Shown: in pieces, positions 52,841-64,000 of the stretch
Layout: every line of letters starts with the position of its first letter
How positions within the stretch are numbered: the first letter of the stretch is position 1
Source: Fimbriosthenelais zetlandica
Lineage: Eukaryota
Direction: 5' to 3'
DNA length: 64,000 nucleotides
NCBI GenBank assembly: GCA_977030845.1
Contig: OZ365114.1
Location: forward strand, 25,358,001-25,422,000
Position numbers and translations under genes: made by a program
The notes under the pieces: generated by a model
Databases searched by the model: none
What the model saw: the letters and a program-made list of their open reading frames with translations, nothing else
What the model was told of the DNA's origin: nothing

Positions 52841-54723
52841 CTGTCAGTATCATTTATTTTATATTCATAATTAGTTTCCTGTGGTAGAGCAGTGCACGGA
52901 TGATGACAGCAGACTATGGGCAAAAGACGTTACTTGAATCTCAGAACCATCATTTTTGAATCATGAATGTTGAAAACGTTATGAATATTTTATCCCACCT
53001 ACTGGTGAAGGCCCATCTTTTGAGTTGAATCCTACATGTTACTTTCAATGGATTGGTAGGATTTAAGCAATGATGTTTTAATTTAATGGTCTGTCTTGAA
53101 AGGAACTGGTGCTGAACCCTATTTGACTTTTTAGCAGCCTCTCTTGGAATAATTAGCCTGCTTATCCTGTGCTGGAAAGCGTCCTAGCAATTATCGATCC
53201 CTTTGCCCAATTCTGAAAGCGTTTAATCATCCTTATTCCCCCGATTAAACCAAGAAGGGCTCTCGTAATGGGACACGAACCAGCTGCCATGCCGATTCCA
53301 TATCCATGAACATCACTTACACCCACCTTACTCAAAATTCTATTTAAGGAACTTTCTTTGGTTTTACAATTTAAAAAAATGGATGGAAAAAACTGCTATC
53401 ATTAAAGTCCATGGTGTGGGAAAGCCATGACGATTTTCAGATGGATGGGCGGGTGTAAGAGGAGGATCATAAATCTGAGAGTGAAGCCCAATCAGTACAA
53501 TTTAGCACACACATCACATGGCTTCCACATGGCTTCCTCATGTGTCTTAATCCCAGATGGAAGCCATTCTGCTTCCCTAATGGAAATGAATGCCCCATAT
53601 CAAGTGAATCTCTTATATGAAGTAAGCAAACTGATGCCCATTCATATATATATCTCCCTGCTCTAATGAATTTAAGGGAAGTTGGTGATGAGGATTTACT
53701 CACTCATCAGTCGCCGAGCAAACTTTGAAGGCAGGCCATGGAGGACCTGATTCCTCTCCCTTAAATAAACATTCCCCTCTCATCATCACCCAATGCTTGC
53801 CATATTGTATTCTAGGTCTCCATGCATCACAGGGAATATTAAACATCTATCTTAGCAAACTTACACCGTCAAATGCTGCCATACTCCAAAAATGCCACAT
53901 GCTTTGTTCTAGATCCTATGGATAGGATCCCAATGCGTTGTATTATGAAAGAACTAATGGATGAAACGAAATTAGATACAATAGAAACTTGAGTGTATTC
54001 AAAGTTAAATTCCAGTAGGTTGCATGCCTTGTGGGTGGGATGGATGGTATAGGGCTTGCCTTTTACCTCGTGTAATGTATAATCTGAGTAAGGATATTTA
54101 CCATCATAATATAGCATAGACATTCACAATCGGGGATTCGCATGGTGTAAAGACGTTAGTAAATGATGCATGATAAGCAGGTAACGTTAGGGCTACCATT
54201 ACAGGTCATATTCCTCAGTCCAGTCGTTAACATGCTGCAAGAGGAGATGGTGCCACCCATCTGAAACTCTACCTCCCGCATTTACTTTTCCGGTGTTACC
54301 AACATTGTAGCCTACAGTTCTCATTAATCTGTCTAAACGGGATATAAATTGTCATATATGGAACGAGGAAAAGGCTTACCTTAATGTACTATTACCCATT
54401 TTGAGAATCTTGCAATGTTACTTAATGTATAGAGAAGGGTCAGCAATGTGCTCGATGGATCCATCATACGAGTCAAAGATATGACCCCGACTCAACATAG
54501 CGGGTCTCTGGAGGCCCACAGGCTCGTTTACCATGGCATTATGCATTCATGAGAGTCCAGCACAATTATATGCACAGCTCCCTGGTCTCTTTATTAATTG
54601 CCTGATACCATGTCATAAATGGAAGATGGTCATCTCCTTACATTCTGTTACACTAACGTATTCTCATGTTTTCTGCCTGTATCGCATTATGATTACTAGT
54701 GTATCATGTTCAAATATCATTCG

Positions 54724-54759
54724 CTGATTTCAATTTTGTCTTTTTTTTTGCAGGTAAGT
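54724..54759 (+). other. Recursive splice site RS2 (branch point, Py tract, CAG|GTAAGT)
   Basis: CTGAT (54724-54728) is branch-like; TTTTGTCTTTTTTTTTGCAG (CAG 54751-54753) is directly followed by GTAAGT (54754-54759). Confidence 0.85.
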
Positions 54760-54806
54760 TTCCCAACTAGACTTCATGTCTGCATTTACTATGTTTGCTA
54801 CCATAT
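54754..54806 (+). other. Cryptic RS-exon 2 (53 nt) closed by TAT|GTGAGT at 54807-54812
   Basis: A consensus GTGAGT donor lies 53 nt after the RS2 acceptor; an alternative GTG|GTAAGA at 54851 would give 97 nt. Joined to exon 1 the exon reads AAG TAA. Confidence 0.6.
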
Positions 54807-57800
54807 GTGAGTATGAAAGTCTGTGCTGAGCATCCATTAGCCAGAGAGTGGTAAGATCTGAGTTACTTTAGCCACCAATAAGATAGATTTTTATGTCCTG
54901 GGTCATTGAGACCAGGGCTGACCTTGTAAATGTCAGTGTATGAAGTAGGGATATATTTCGTTCGTCACTGTCAGTGCCTTCCATCAAAAATGAATGTAGA
55001 AATTGATAGGGAGAGGATGATTCGCTAGACTTCTGTACTCGACAGATGTTGGTCCATCCTAATGATAGTGGGGCAATTCCGCTGGCATAACGCTATCGCA
55101 CATGTTTTTTGTGGTCTGTTCTTGAGCTTTCCAACTTTGAGATTGACATATCGCTTCTGTTGAGTGTAAATCTCCTCCAGGACAACCCGACCCTGGGTTA
55201 TGGTAGTCTCGATGAGACAGATTTGACAGTCGCTGTCAACTTTCACAGTTAGAAACATAAATTGGACTCATATTTGGGTCGGAGAGATGGTCTCGTCCAA
55301 CAAGCCTTAGCTGTCTCAGGGTCAAAGATCCAGGCAGAGGCAATAAATAAGGTCCTAGCTTTATTCTGTCTTGGACCTTTCAGAGCTGTTAGACGAAGTC
55401 TCGGTATTCTTTTCAGATGGCCATTCCATTCATTTGCGACTGGGGTACCATTATACCCAGGGTATAATTTATACTGTATCGCTTTCTGTGATGTAATTTG
55501 CGATATGAAATCTAAGTGGGCTTTGCAGATTTGCGATATATTTTATTTGCATTCTTTTGGTGGCAACATCACTTGATAAGCAAACAGCGCTATGCATGCT
55601 TTTCAAAGTAAATTATACCCTGATATACTTTGTTCAGAATTGAGCTTTCCAACTTAGACTTGATCTATGACGATTGACAGTAAGCTCTTCATTAGACAGC
55701 AGTCCACCCAGTTTCTACTGACACCAAGGTCAGCCTGCTGAGAAAAAAAAGTGAACCCAGCAGTTCTACTAAGCTCGGTCCAATCTCTTTGACGGTGATT
55801 GAAAAGGCCACAGACTTCTGAACTTGATTTGCGATGTGGCTCAGGTGGTCCTTGGGGCATGTGCATCATTATGGGCCTTGCTCAGTGTGACCGCTGTGAA
55901 GCTGTGAAAAGGGATGGAAGAAATAAAGAAATATAGACCCCAGCTACTGAGGTAATCTATAGACTGATCAGGAACCATGTTCCAACAGCCCTCACTGGCT
56001 CCCTCCAGTGACTGGCTATAGCGCCTCGGCTCCTTGCCTCAAGCTTTGGCTTAGAGAAAGGCCAGTACCTGCTGGCAACTTTATCACAGTGAGAGATGTG
56101 TTCCTGGCACTGGTCTTATCAGAGATCACCGAGTGAATGAAAAATAGCTGGAACAACCTGGTCAAGTACTTCTGTATGAAGAAAAAGTACGGTGCTCATA
56201 GTCGTGGGTTAAAAAGCTACCAAAATCTTGACTTCATCATTAATTTATCTTGCAGCATACACATGACATGAGTATCACTGTATATGTATATTCAATGGAA
56301 TGTAGCTGAGTTTCCAATGTCTTCTTTTATACTCACAAATCATGTTGGGTCGCATACCTATTTCATGAGGCTGGTATAGCTGAAGAGGACAAGCATTATC
56401 CTGTCCCATTGACAGTTTTCAGGATTTAGCATCCAACGTGGAGAGGCTTCAGCTTAATACAAGTAGCTGTAACACGCAAGGCTTGATCAATGCCATTGGT
56501 ATTGTATTATATGAACACAAGGCAAATGGAAACAAGGCAAGATGTTAGTCATTGGGACCAGCAATGTTTACCAATTCCTTGCCAGAAGTCTCTCTTAAGA
56601 GGTTCATCTATTTCTAACAAAGGGCTCAGGTGGACATAATATGTCAAGTGGATGTGGATTCAATATTCTGAGATTTCATATTCACTGCTTCATTTAGATT
56701 TTTGCTGAAATTGGCATTTGCAGTATATATTGAATACCACATTGGTGAAACCCTCTTACCATTGTAGGAGACGTATATTGAGTATTGGTCATGGCTATTG
56801 CTGGAATTAGTCCCTCATGTGGCCCATTTTGCCCTTGAGGTAGATGATGGACGGAGGGCAGAAGAAAATATGAGCAATAGAGACGCGGCCCTGCGTAATG
56901 ACCCCCTGAAAGTAGTATATGGAAAAGGTGCCCTCTTAGGAATTGGGGTGATTTTATGTAGGCCCCTGAGAATTGGCGCTGAGTAAAATACACTGAAAAT
57001 GTGATGGAATGAAGGTATATCCATTACAGCACTGTGGGGGCCTCCTGTGGTCCTGAAGTATGAGGTCTGCGGAAAAGCATATAATGAAACTAAGGCAGAC
57101 CCGTACACGATAAATATTTTAAGAGCTTTGTACCATATAACATCTGAAATGTTCTTGGAGGGTGAGGCGGTTTATCATTATGTGGGATGAAAGAATCACC
57201 CATCAGCTAGTTGGACTAGGTTTACACTGCCTAGACCAGATCATGTTGCTAGAAGCCATCCGGTATCAGCACAACTCCTGATATGTGAATTACACAGTCC
57301 CATCACGTTTTCAATCAATTCCTTTGATGTGTTAATACTTTTAATGACACCGCGCTGTCATATAGGGCACGGCTTTGACTTTCATGAAGATTTGCCCCTT
57401 TCACTGGATCCCACCAGTGATGAAGAGTCTCCTAAGAACATCTTGATGAGAGTATCTAGATTTATGAAGATATCACCATCACGTTGAACAGATTGATAGA
57501 TGACCTCGCCATGTCTGTGTACGTCCGGGCTTGGAACGAGATGAATTTCAATGTCCATACCAGACATTGATTTAGTAGAAAGTGTCAATGTAAAAGGATG
57601 CCCTGTTACGCCTGAACATGTCATTAAGGATCGTACACCTCTTGTAGATCAAAAAGTGATACGTTTACTGCCACACTCTATCATTCTGCTGCCATTAAAA
57701 GTTGCCAGCTGTGGTGGGGGGCGGAGACATGGTGGGCCTTGGGTTAGTCCGCTGACGCGTATAGCAGATCTGAAAACCCTGCTATGGATGATGTATTTCC

Positions 57801-60800
57801 TAAACTCCTTTATTCAGGGCCAGGTGAGCCCAGAAGGGATTTTAGACGATCCACCCGAGTAAGCATGTAATTCCCTTTTTGATTCTCTCTCCTTGACTGC
57901 ACTTCATTACATCTCGTTTTCTGATTTGATTGGTGAGGAGGGGCACACTTCCCCGGGCTTTTAATTACCTTTGCATTGATTTATTCATGCAAAAGGTCTT
58001 CTCAATCTTCTCTACCATCCATGGTTTTTAAAACTTGTATGTCGGTATCAGAAGATCAATTTTCAGAGGGAACAGTGCTGTATATTTTACGCCAATAAAG
58101 CCAGCATTGCATACTGGTAACTCAATTCAATGTTGTTGCAGGGAACAAAGCTGTGGACGTAAGATCTGCACTCTATATTAGAAACTATTAAAGGTTAGCC
58201 TTGGCCTAGAGGGTTTAATGTGGGCGGGCAGTGATAGATAGTCCTTTGAGAGGGCGGGCATGAGCGATGTAGCTGGTAGGATGAAGCAGGCAGCTAGATC
58301 ATAGATCAAACCATCATCATAGTGAATGATATCGATGATAATGGTGCCCAAACCTGACTAGATGCCTGCCGCCTTATATAGACGTTAACCCTGATTATGA
58401 ACACTATGTGGCAATACGATATATCAATAGCTTTATGATTGATTGGAGGCCAGTACTGGGGATCAGAGCTCTATATGTTTGACTAAGTCATTTGCCCTGA
58501 CATCTATACCTTGTAATACTTCTAATGGTTCACCCAGGCTCCATGACTGGTGAAGTGTTACCTTACATATATGCACTTAAAATGGGCATCATATTTTACT
58601 TACATTGTCTAATTAATAGATCATCTAAAGACCGTCAGATGACAAATCATCTGCTCCCAAAGAATTTGTGTCCTTTTTTGGTGGAGACTCACAAAGATTG
58701 TCCCCGTAGGAAAATGTATTCAAAAGAAGGGGATGAAAGCAAGTTACCAAGACCTTTTAACTAATTGTCTTCTTTGTGAATGGAGTGAAGTCTTAAAAGA
58801 CAAATCTGTCACACCAACGTTGAGCATACAAGAAAGCCATAAAATCAAACTCCTCAGTTCCTTCGGCAAAGGCCCAACAAAGACAACTTTGCCTTTGCAA
58901 TTAGAATGAGCCAAAGAGTGGTCTTTGATGGGGCGCGCGATAAGGCGCTGACGATTGATGGTTCAAGATTGACTTTTATTTAATCTCACGCCCTGGGAGA
59001 TCTTTATCAGATAGTAAAGTGTAGTAGGCTTTTAGAGTATTTAAAGATACCTTTTGCATTGATCTATTTACGCAGATGAAAGAAACCATTTACTATCCCA
59101 TTTTCCCAAGGTTGGACCAATCTAAGTCTTTCTTCGATTTTTTAAAAAGTAAAAAGGCATTTCTTTGTGGGAGGAGGTCGTACATCTTAACGCTACATGC
59201 CGCAATTAAGATGTTGTTTAATCCCTCTTGTTCTGTGCTGAAAAATGAGGCTGAGTGAAGCAAAATTAATATCAAGTCTTGGTACAGGCAGGGGTTTGAA
59301 TCATCTTCAAACTGACTTTCATCTTTGTGCTCTGATTCCTAATTTCTATTTCGTCTGACTATTGTGTTGCAGTAGATTTGTGTACTTCTTGTTCCCTCTC
59401 TCGGTGCTATGTACATTATTGACGATCATATTTCAGTAGCACTGGTTGCTCTGTGGGATAGTAGCAGTGTTGATTAATTACATTGAGGTTGTAGAGCACC
59501 TGTAAAAGGCCGTCACCTGGTTGGGTTCCGCTGCGGTTAGACGTACTACTTATACCCTGCACCACCCAGTGTTTGAAGAGATGATCAAAGCTTGCCCACA
59601 CCCAGCCTGTGAAGGTGTACTGTAAGCACAGGGTGGCACGGAGTATAGATTACATGAGGCTTATGATAACAGCAGGACCAAACATGATTAATTGTGGAGA
59701 AAGCAGACAGCTAGAAAGAGGTTACATCCACCACAGCTATAGACAACCTTACGATGGTAGTTAATGGCTGGTCTGATGGCGGGGGACCTGGCCTTGGAGG
59801 TACAGCCTTCACAAGGCTTATGCATGCCCTGCTTCAATAGGGTTGATCAGTATGGTGTAAATCGAAAAACAGGAAGCTTGAGGTGCTTCACCTCTTTGGC
59901 ACGGGGCTCACATCACAACACCTTTCTTTATACACGTGGGAGCCGTCAGTAGGCTTGTACTGTTAATCGTTGCACGTTAGGGGGTAAATACAATGGCTGT
60001 ACCTGGCAACTAGTAACTTTGGTACACTATTTGTGTTGGGATCTTTCATCTATGATCACATATACGTATGATCAGACGCGATTTGAGCTGGCCTTTATGG
60101 CATGTCTATGTTCCTTGCAGCATCTCATAGATATGCTGTTTATTAATAATTCATAGCTGATAAAAATGGCTGCCGTAACCTTGAAAGTGTACGGTTTTTG
60201 ATAGCTCAATCCCCATCATTCTGCTCCACATCGTCCTTGAGAACAAACTCTTATCAAAGCAAGCCTCTCAAAAGGCAGGCCTGAAGTAGTTCGCACCATA
60301 AAGAAGGAAATACTTGGATGGCCTCAGCAGAATGTGCTGACAGGATTCTCCAAATTTTGAGGAGATTGAAAAACTATGTTTAGTTCTCAAGAGGGTGTCA
60401 TGAACGGTTTCCTCGTAAATGACGATTTGGAAGGTTTTAACAGTGATAAAAATGATCAAAGTACCTCACTGTTTTGGACTCCAATTAGTGGCAGGAATTT
60501 CGTTTCAAATCATCTTGGAAGCGCTCTTCATACACACAGTGACCAGTTTACTGAGGTCACATTAGACCGATGGAGTTTTTCCTCCCCAATATTTTGGTCA
60601 CTTATTAATTGGATATCCTAGAACATGTTCGAACGAATGTGAATAAATCTAGGGCAGACTCGCCCTGTCAGACTAAGAGATTGATTTGTGTGTCACTTGA
60701 CACTTGCTTCTTGGGTTCTTTAATTGCATGTTGTATCAGAAATGTGGCTCGTTGGGCATGATATTGAGACAAGGTAATCCATCACTTTAGGCCGGATCTA

Positions 60801-63800
60801 GCTAGTTATGGCCTACAATATTGCCCTTTATCAAAGGGGTGGTCCTCTCATACGATGTCACCTTACAACATGTAACCAAAGTTCTCACTGCCATTTGCAG
60901 CTTCTATGGTTGCAGACTCAAAGGTTTGGCTGGAAATGAATTTTGTTCATGTTTGAATACTGAACATGTCTAAAAGTTATATAAATCGGTGTATATTTCA
61001 CAAGATTTCTTGTAGGAATTGATTGGTACAATATTGACGTGCCCATTCCTGTTGGGGTGTGAATGATGGATAATTCCCGGCAATTTGAAGCCCCAAGTGT
61101 TCAGAGGAAATGCTATCTCTTCAATTGCCTTCCTGCGGCCTACGTGCCTGCCAAGGTGGTCAACGACCCAATTGATATAAGTGTGAATCTATATGCATCA
61201 TTTCATCATGAGGGGCTTATTGGGAGCACCATCACAGCCTCCCAGCCCTTGATCCTTCCTACCTCCTAACTGGTGTGATTCACCACAATTTTCCTTACAC
61301 CCTCCCATCCAGCCACCAAGCTGGGACCTGTCTCATGACCCGGACATAAAGGCTTAGGGCAGAAATCTGTCCAATTTCACTCACGTCACTAGCCAACGAC
61401 CTTGCATCGAGCCCGGGGTCGATTCCATTTTCATTAGGTACGTGACACAGTCTTGGGCAATCGGTGGAGATTAGAGGTGTGTGGCAAGGAGCCACTTCCT
61501 GCACAGACGATCAATTTGAGGTGAGGGAAACACCAGCATTGGGCAGGCCTGATGGCGGGGAAATTGGCACCAACATCATGTGATAGGCAGAGCAAAGTAG
61601 GCAACCGGCAAAGTGAGGACATTACAATGCGAACAGGGATGTTGAAGTTGAATGATTTTTCATTCCTGTGAGAGGAGCAGTCTGATTGTCTGACATAGAA
61701 ATGCCCGCGTCTAAAGCTTGGGTCTTGTGAATTCTGGCCAGAATGACCGAGTGAAGATTGTCTGATTGGTAAGGGACATTAGCTGGTGTATTCAGCAAAG
61801 TGAGGGCAGCAGTGGAGGGGATAGACACGCCATACATTATTCTACTAGAACTTGCCTATTCCTGCATCTTCTAAATTATTTAAACTTCTCTGCTCTATAG
61901 CCGTGTAAGCCGCCCTTGGCGTGAAGATAAGGTAAAGAAAGCTTTAGTTGGCCAAAGATCAAGACCACCTAACCATCATTGATGACTGGGCACTATTCTC
62001 TTCTCTCTGAGTCTAACACATTCCTATCCACAAACCAGTATTCCATGTCTCATACATATTCTTGCTTCATATTGAATAGCCTTGAATTTGACGCTACACA
62101 GATCTGTCCGAGTGACATGCTATTCAGACCCTACACACCGAATACCCCCGAAGCTACATCCACCATCACCCATCATATTCTCACTGTGCATTGTCCCAGT
62201 GCACATACATTTGTGACTTGATATTGAACATTCATGAATGTTTTATATATCATTTTTGCTTGGAGAATCTGATATCTGAGATAGAATCTCCTCTTTTGGT
62301 AGTCAGTTAATTGTTGATTGACTTGTAGGTTAACCAGTCTCTGGGCCTGTAGTACCATCACTATCTAGCCACTCTGTATACATATTTTATCACCACCGAC
62401 GTATACATGCACGTATGTAGCCTCATAATCATAAAGATGTCAATGCTGGGTCACAGCTTCCTTGGTATTCTGGACATGGGGCGGCAGGAGGTGAGGCTAT
62501 CCTCTATTTCTCGCCGTCTCACCAAGAAATTCCCCTTATGAATGCCAAAGGCAATGGAACTGTCATTCCCAGCCACCTCTCTCGACACTGTCTCAGCCCT
62601 ACAGCACCGCCATCCATCCTTCCTCAAAACAGCCCACCACTATCGAATTTACTGTCAAAGTGATTTGCTAAATCTGATATGTCCGAGACAACAATAAGTC
62701 CACTGATTACATTTGTCAATAAAGTTATAAGGACACATTGGCATACAACTTGGCAGCTTTTTTTCTCAGTATGGCACTGTCTGGTCCATTGGGAATGAAT
62801 TGACTTGGACAACTTAGACTGAGACCTCGGGCAGATTGTCAATATACAGGGTAATTTTGTTTTATAGTTCAGTTGTAATGGCTTTCCATTGATTGCGAGG
62901 TATGGACAGAGTGCTGGGGTTTATTGTAGGGGCAGTTCTCTCCCCTCTTTATGTACCTTGCACATTGTGGTTATGGCTCTTTGCACTGCTGAGAATCGAT
63001 GGCAATTTGCATGGCAATGGTATCCATGGAAATGGTCAATGTCAGTGAGAGTCCATGAGTGTGGCAGTGGCAGTGGATGTGCACTTGGCGAGGAGAATCG
63101 ATATAATAAAGTTTGGATATCACTTGCTGGCTGGACTATATATGTGGTATCTCTCCACCTCGGGAAGAATCGCTCATTCTCTCACACCGTGCCTCTCCAG
63201 AGCCTCTCCCGCCCACAGTTCTCCAGGCGATGCCTGCCATCAGTGATTGATGGTCCCTCCTATTCATCTGAAACCTCTGCCGGATCTTTTTCTTTATAAG
63301 GCCTATCTACCAGGCTTGATTGGCAGATCAAATAAATTGTCTTTCGCCAGAAGTACCTGTGGAGTAGTACTCTAGCCATGGGAAAAGGCCAAGCCACAAC
63401 AAGTCTTATAAGGGTCCCTCTCCTTCATGTGATTCCTGACTAAAATTGGTCTCCATACATCACCAAGGCATTCACAGGAATGCTTCTATTCAGGAAGTAC
63501 AGTTATGACAGGAAAGGCATGGAGTCATGCAGAGGCTATTGATTTAGTAGCTGCCCCCAGCACTGCTCATATTAATCATGATGGCTACATAGGAATCATA
63601 TTGACCTGGTAGCATCAAGGGATGAAACCCTTTACTCTAAGACAAATAAGGATCAATAAAATGAACATCATTTCAATATGTGCTATGAATGGGAGTGAGT
63701 TATTCCATTCCCAATACATTTGGTGGATACCACTTTAGATTTCATTGCAAATGCCCTGGTCCCCCCCCCACCCCGCTTGATTATTCCCGTTGGTCCATAT

Positions 63801-64000
63801 TATTACGCCGTGAGTACATACTCTGGCCATATAGAAATATGGGTGTGACAGAGAGAGCTGAGCTTGCGTCCCTTCACACCTCACATCAACCTTTAACCTG
63901 ACCTCCTCAGGGAGAACCATTGTTACTGGCCTGACAGCCTGACACGACTCTTCCATTTGGCTGAACTCGCATATACACCAGGGCTCGGGCGGGCTGACCC

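Larger units (their letters stand above)
1754..64000 (+). other. EXT1: Giant intron 1 of EXT1 (>62.2 kb, 3' end outside the window)
   Basis: No YDY...NATFCLVPRGRRLGSFRF exon appears in the ORF track or by eye in the raw sequence. EXT1 genes are known for a very large intron at this position. A short exon missed by eye cannot be fully excluded. Confidence 0.85.

Noticed and set aside
56694-57862. Cluster of overlapping 60-100 aa ORFs on both strands
   Set aside because: No single frame stays open and no motif was recognised; locally higher GC explains the ORFs.
1-64000. CRISPR arrays, rRNA, intact transposase or reverse-transcriptase ORFs
   Set aside because: None was seen. The DNA is eukaryotic intron, and no ORF carries RT, integrase or DDE motifs.

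Overview
Animal (invertebrate) genomic DNA of roughly 40% GC, not prokaryotic. The one SINE-like element resembles lophotrochozoan families, but the species cannot be identified. The window holds the promoter region and large first coding exon of an exostosin-1 (EXT1/tout-velu) gene on the + strand (ATG 864, exon end 1753). The exon ends at a GTAAGT donor in the same phase-2 position as human EXT1 intron 1. No EXT1 exon 2 (expected YDY...FCLVPRGRR) was found, so the remaining 62.2 kb is read as one giant intron that continues past the window. The strongest unexplained signal is two recursive-splicing ('ratchet') sites in that intron, at 36391|36392 and 54753|54754. Each has a branch point and polypyrimidine tract followed by YAG|GTAAGT, then a 54-nt or 53-nt cryptic RS-exon and a second donor. 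Also seen: five upstream AUGs, a YY1/CRE promoter that may be bidirectional, eight GATA sites at the intron start, a tRNA-derived Meta/MESC-like SINE, simple repeats and a possible decayed antisense coding relic at 43.3-44.7 kb. Almost all other ORFs in the supplied track look like chance ORFs. All scanning was by eye.
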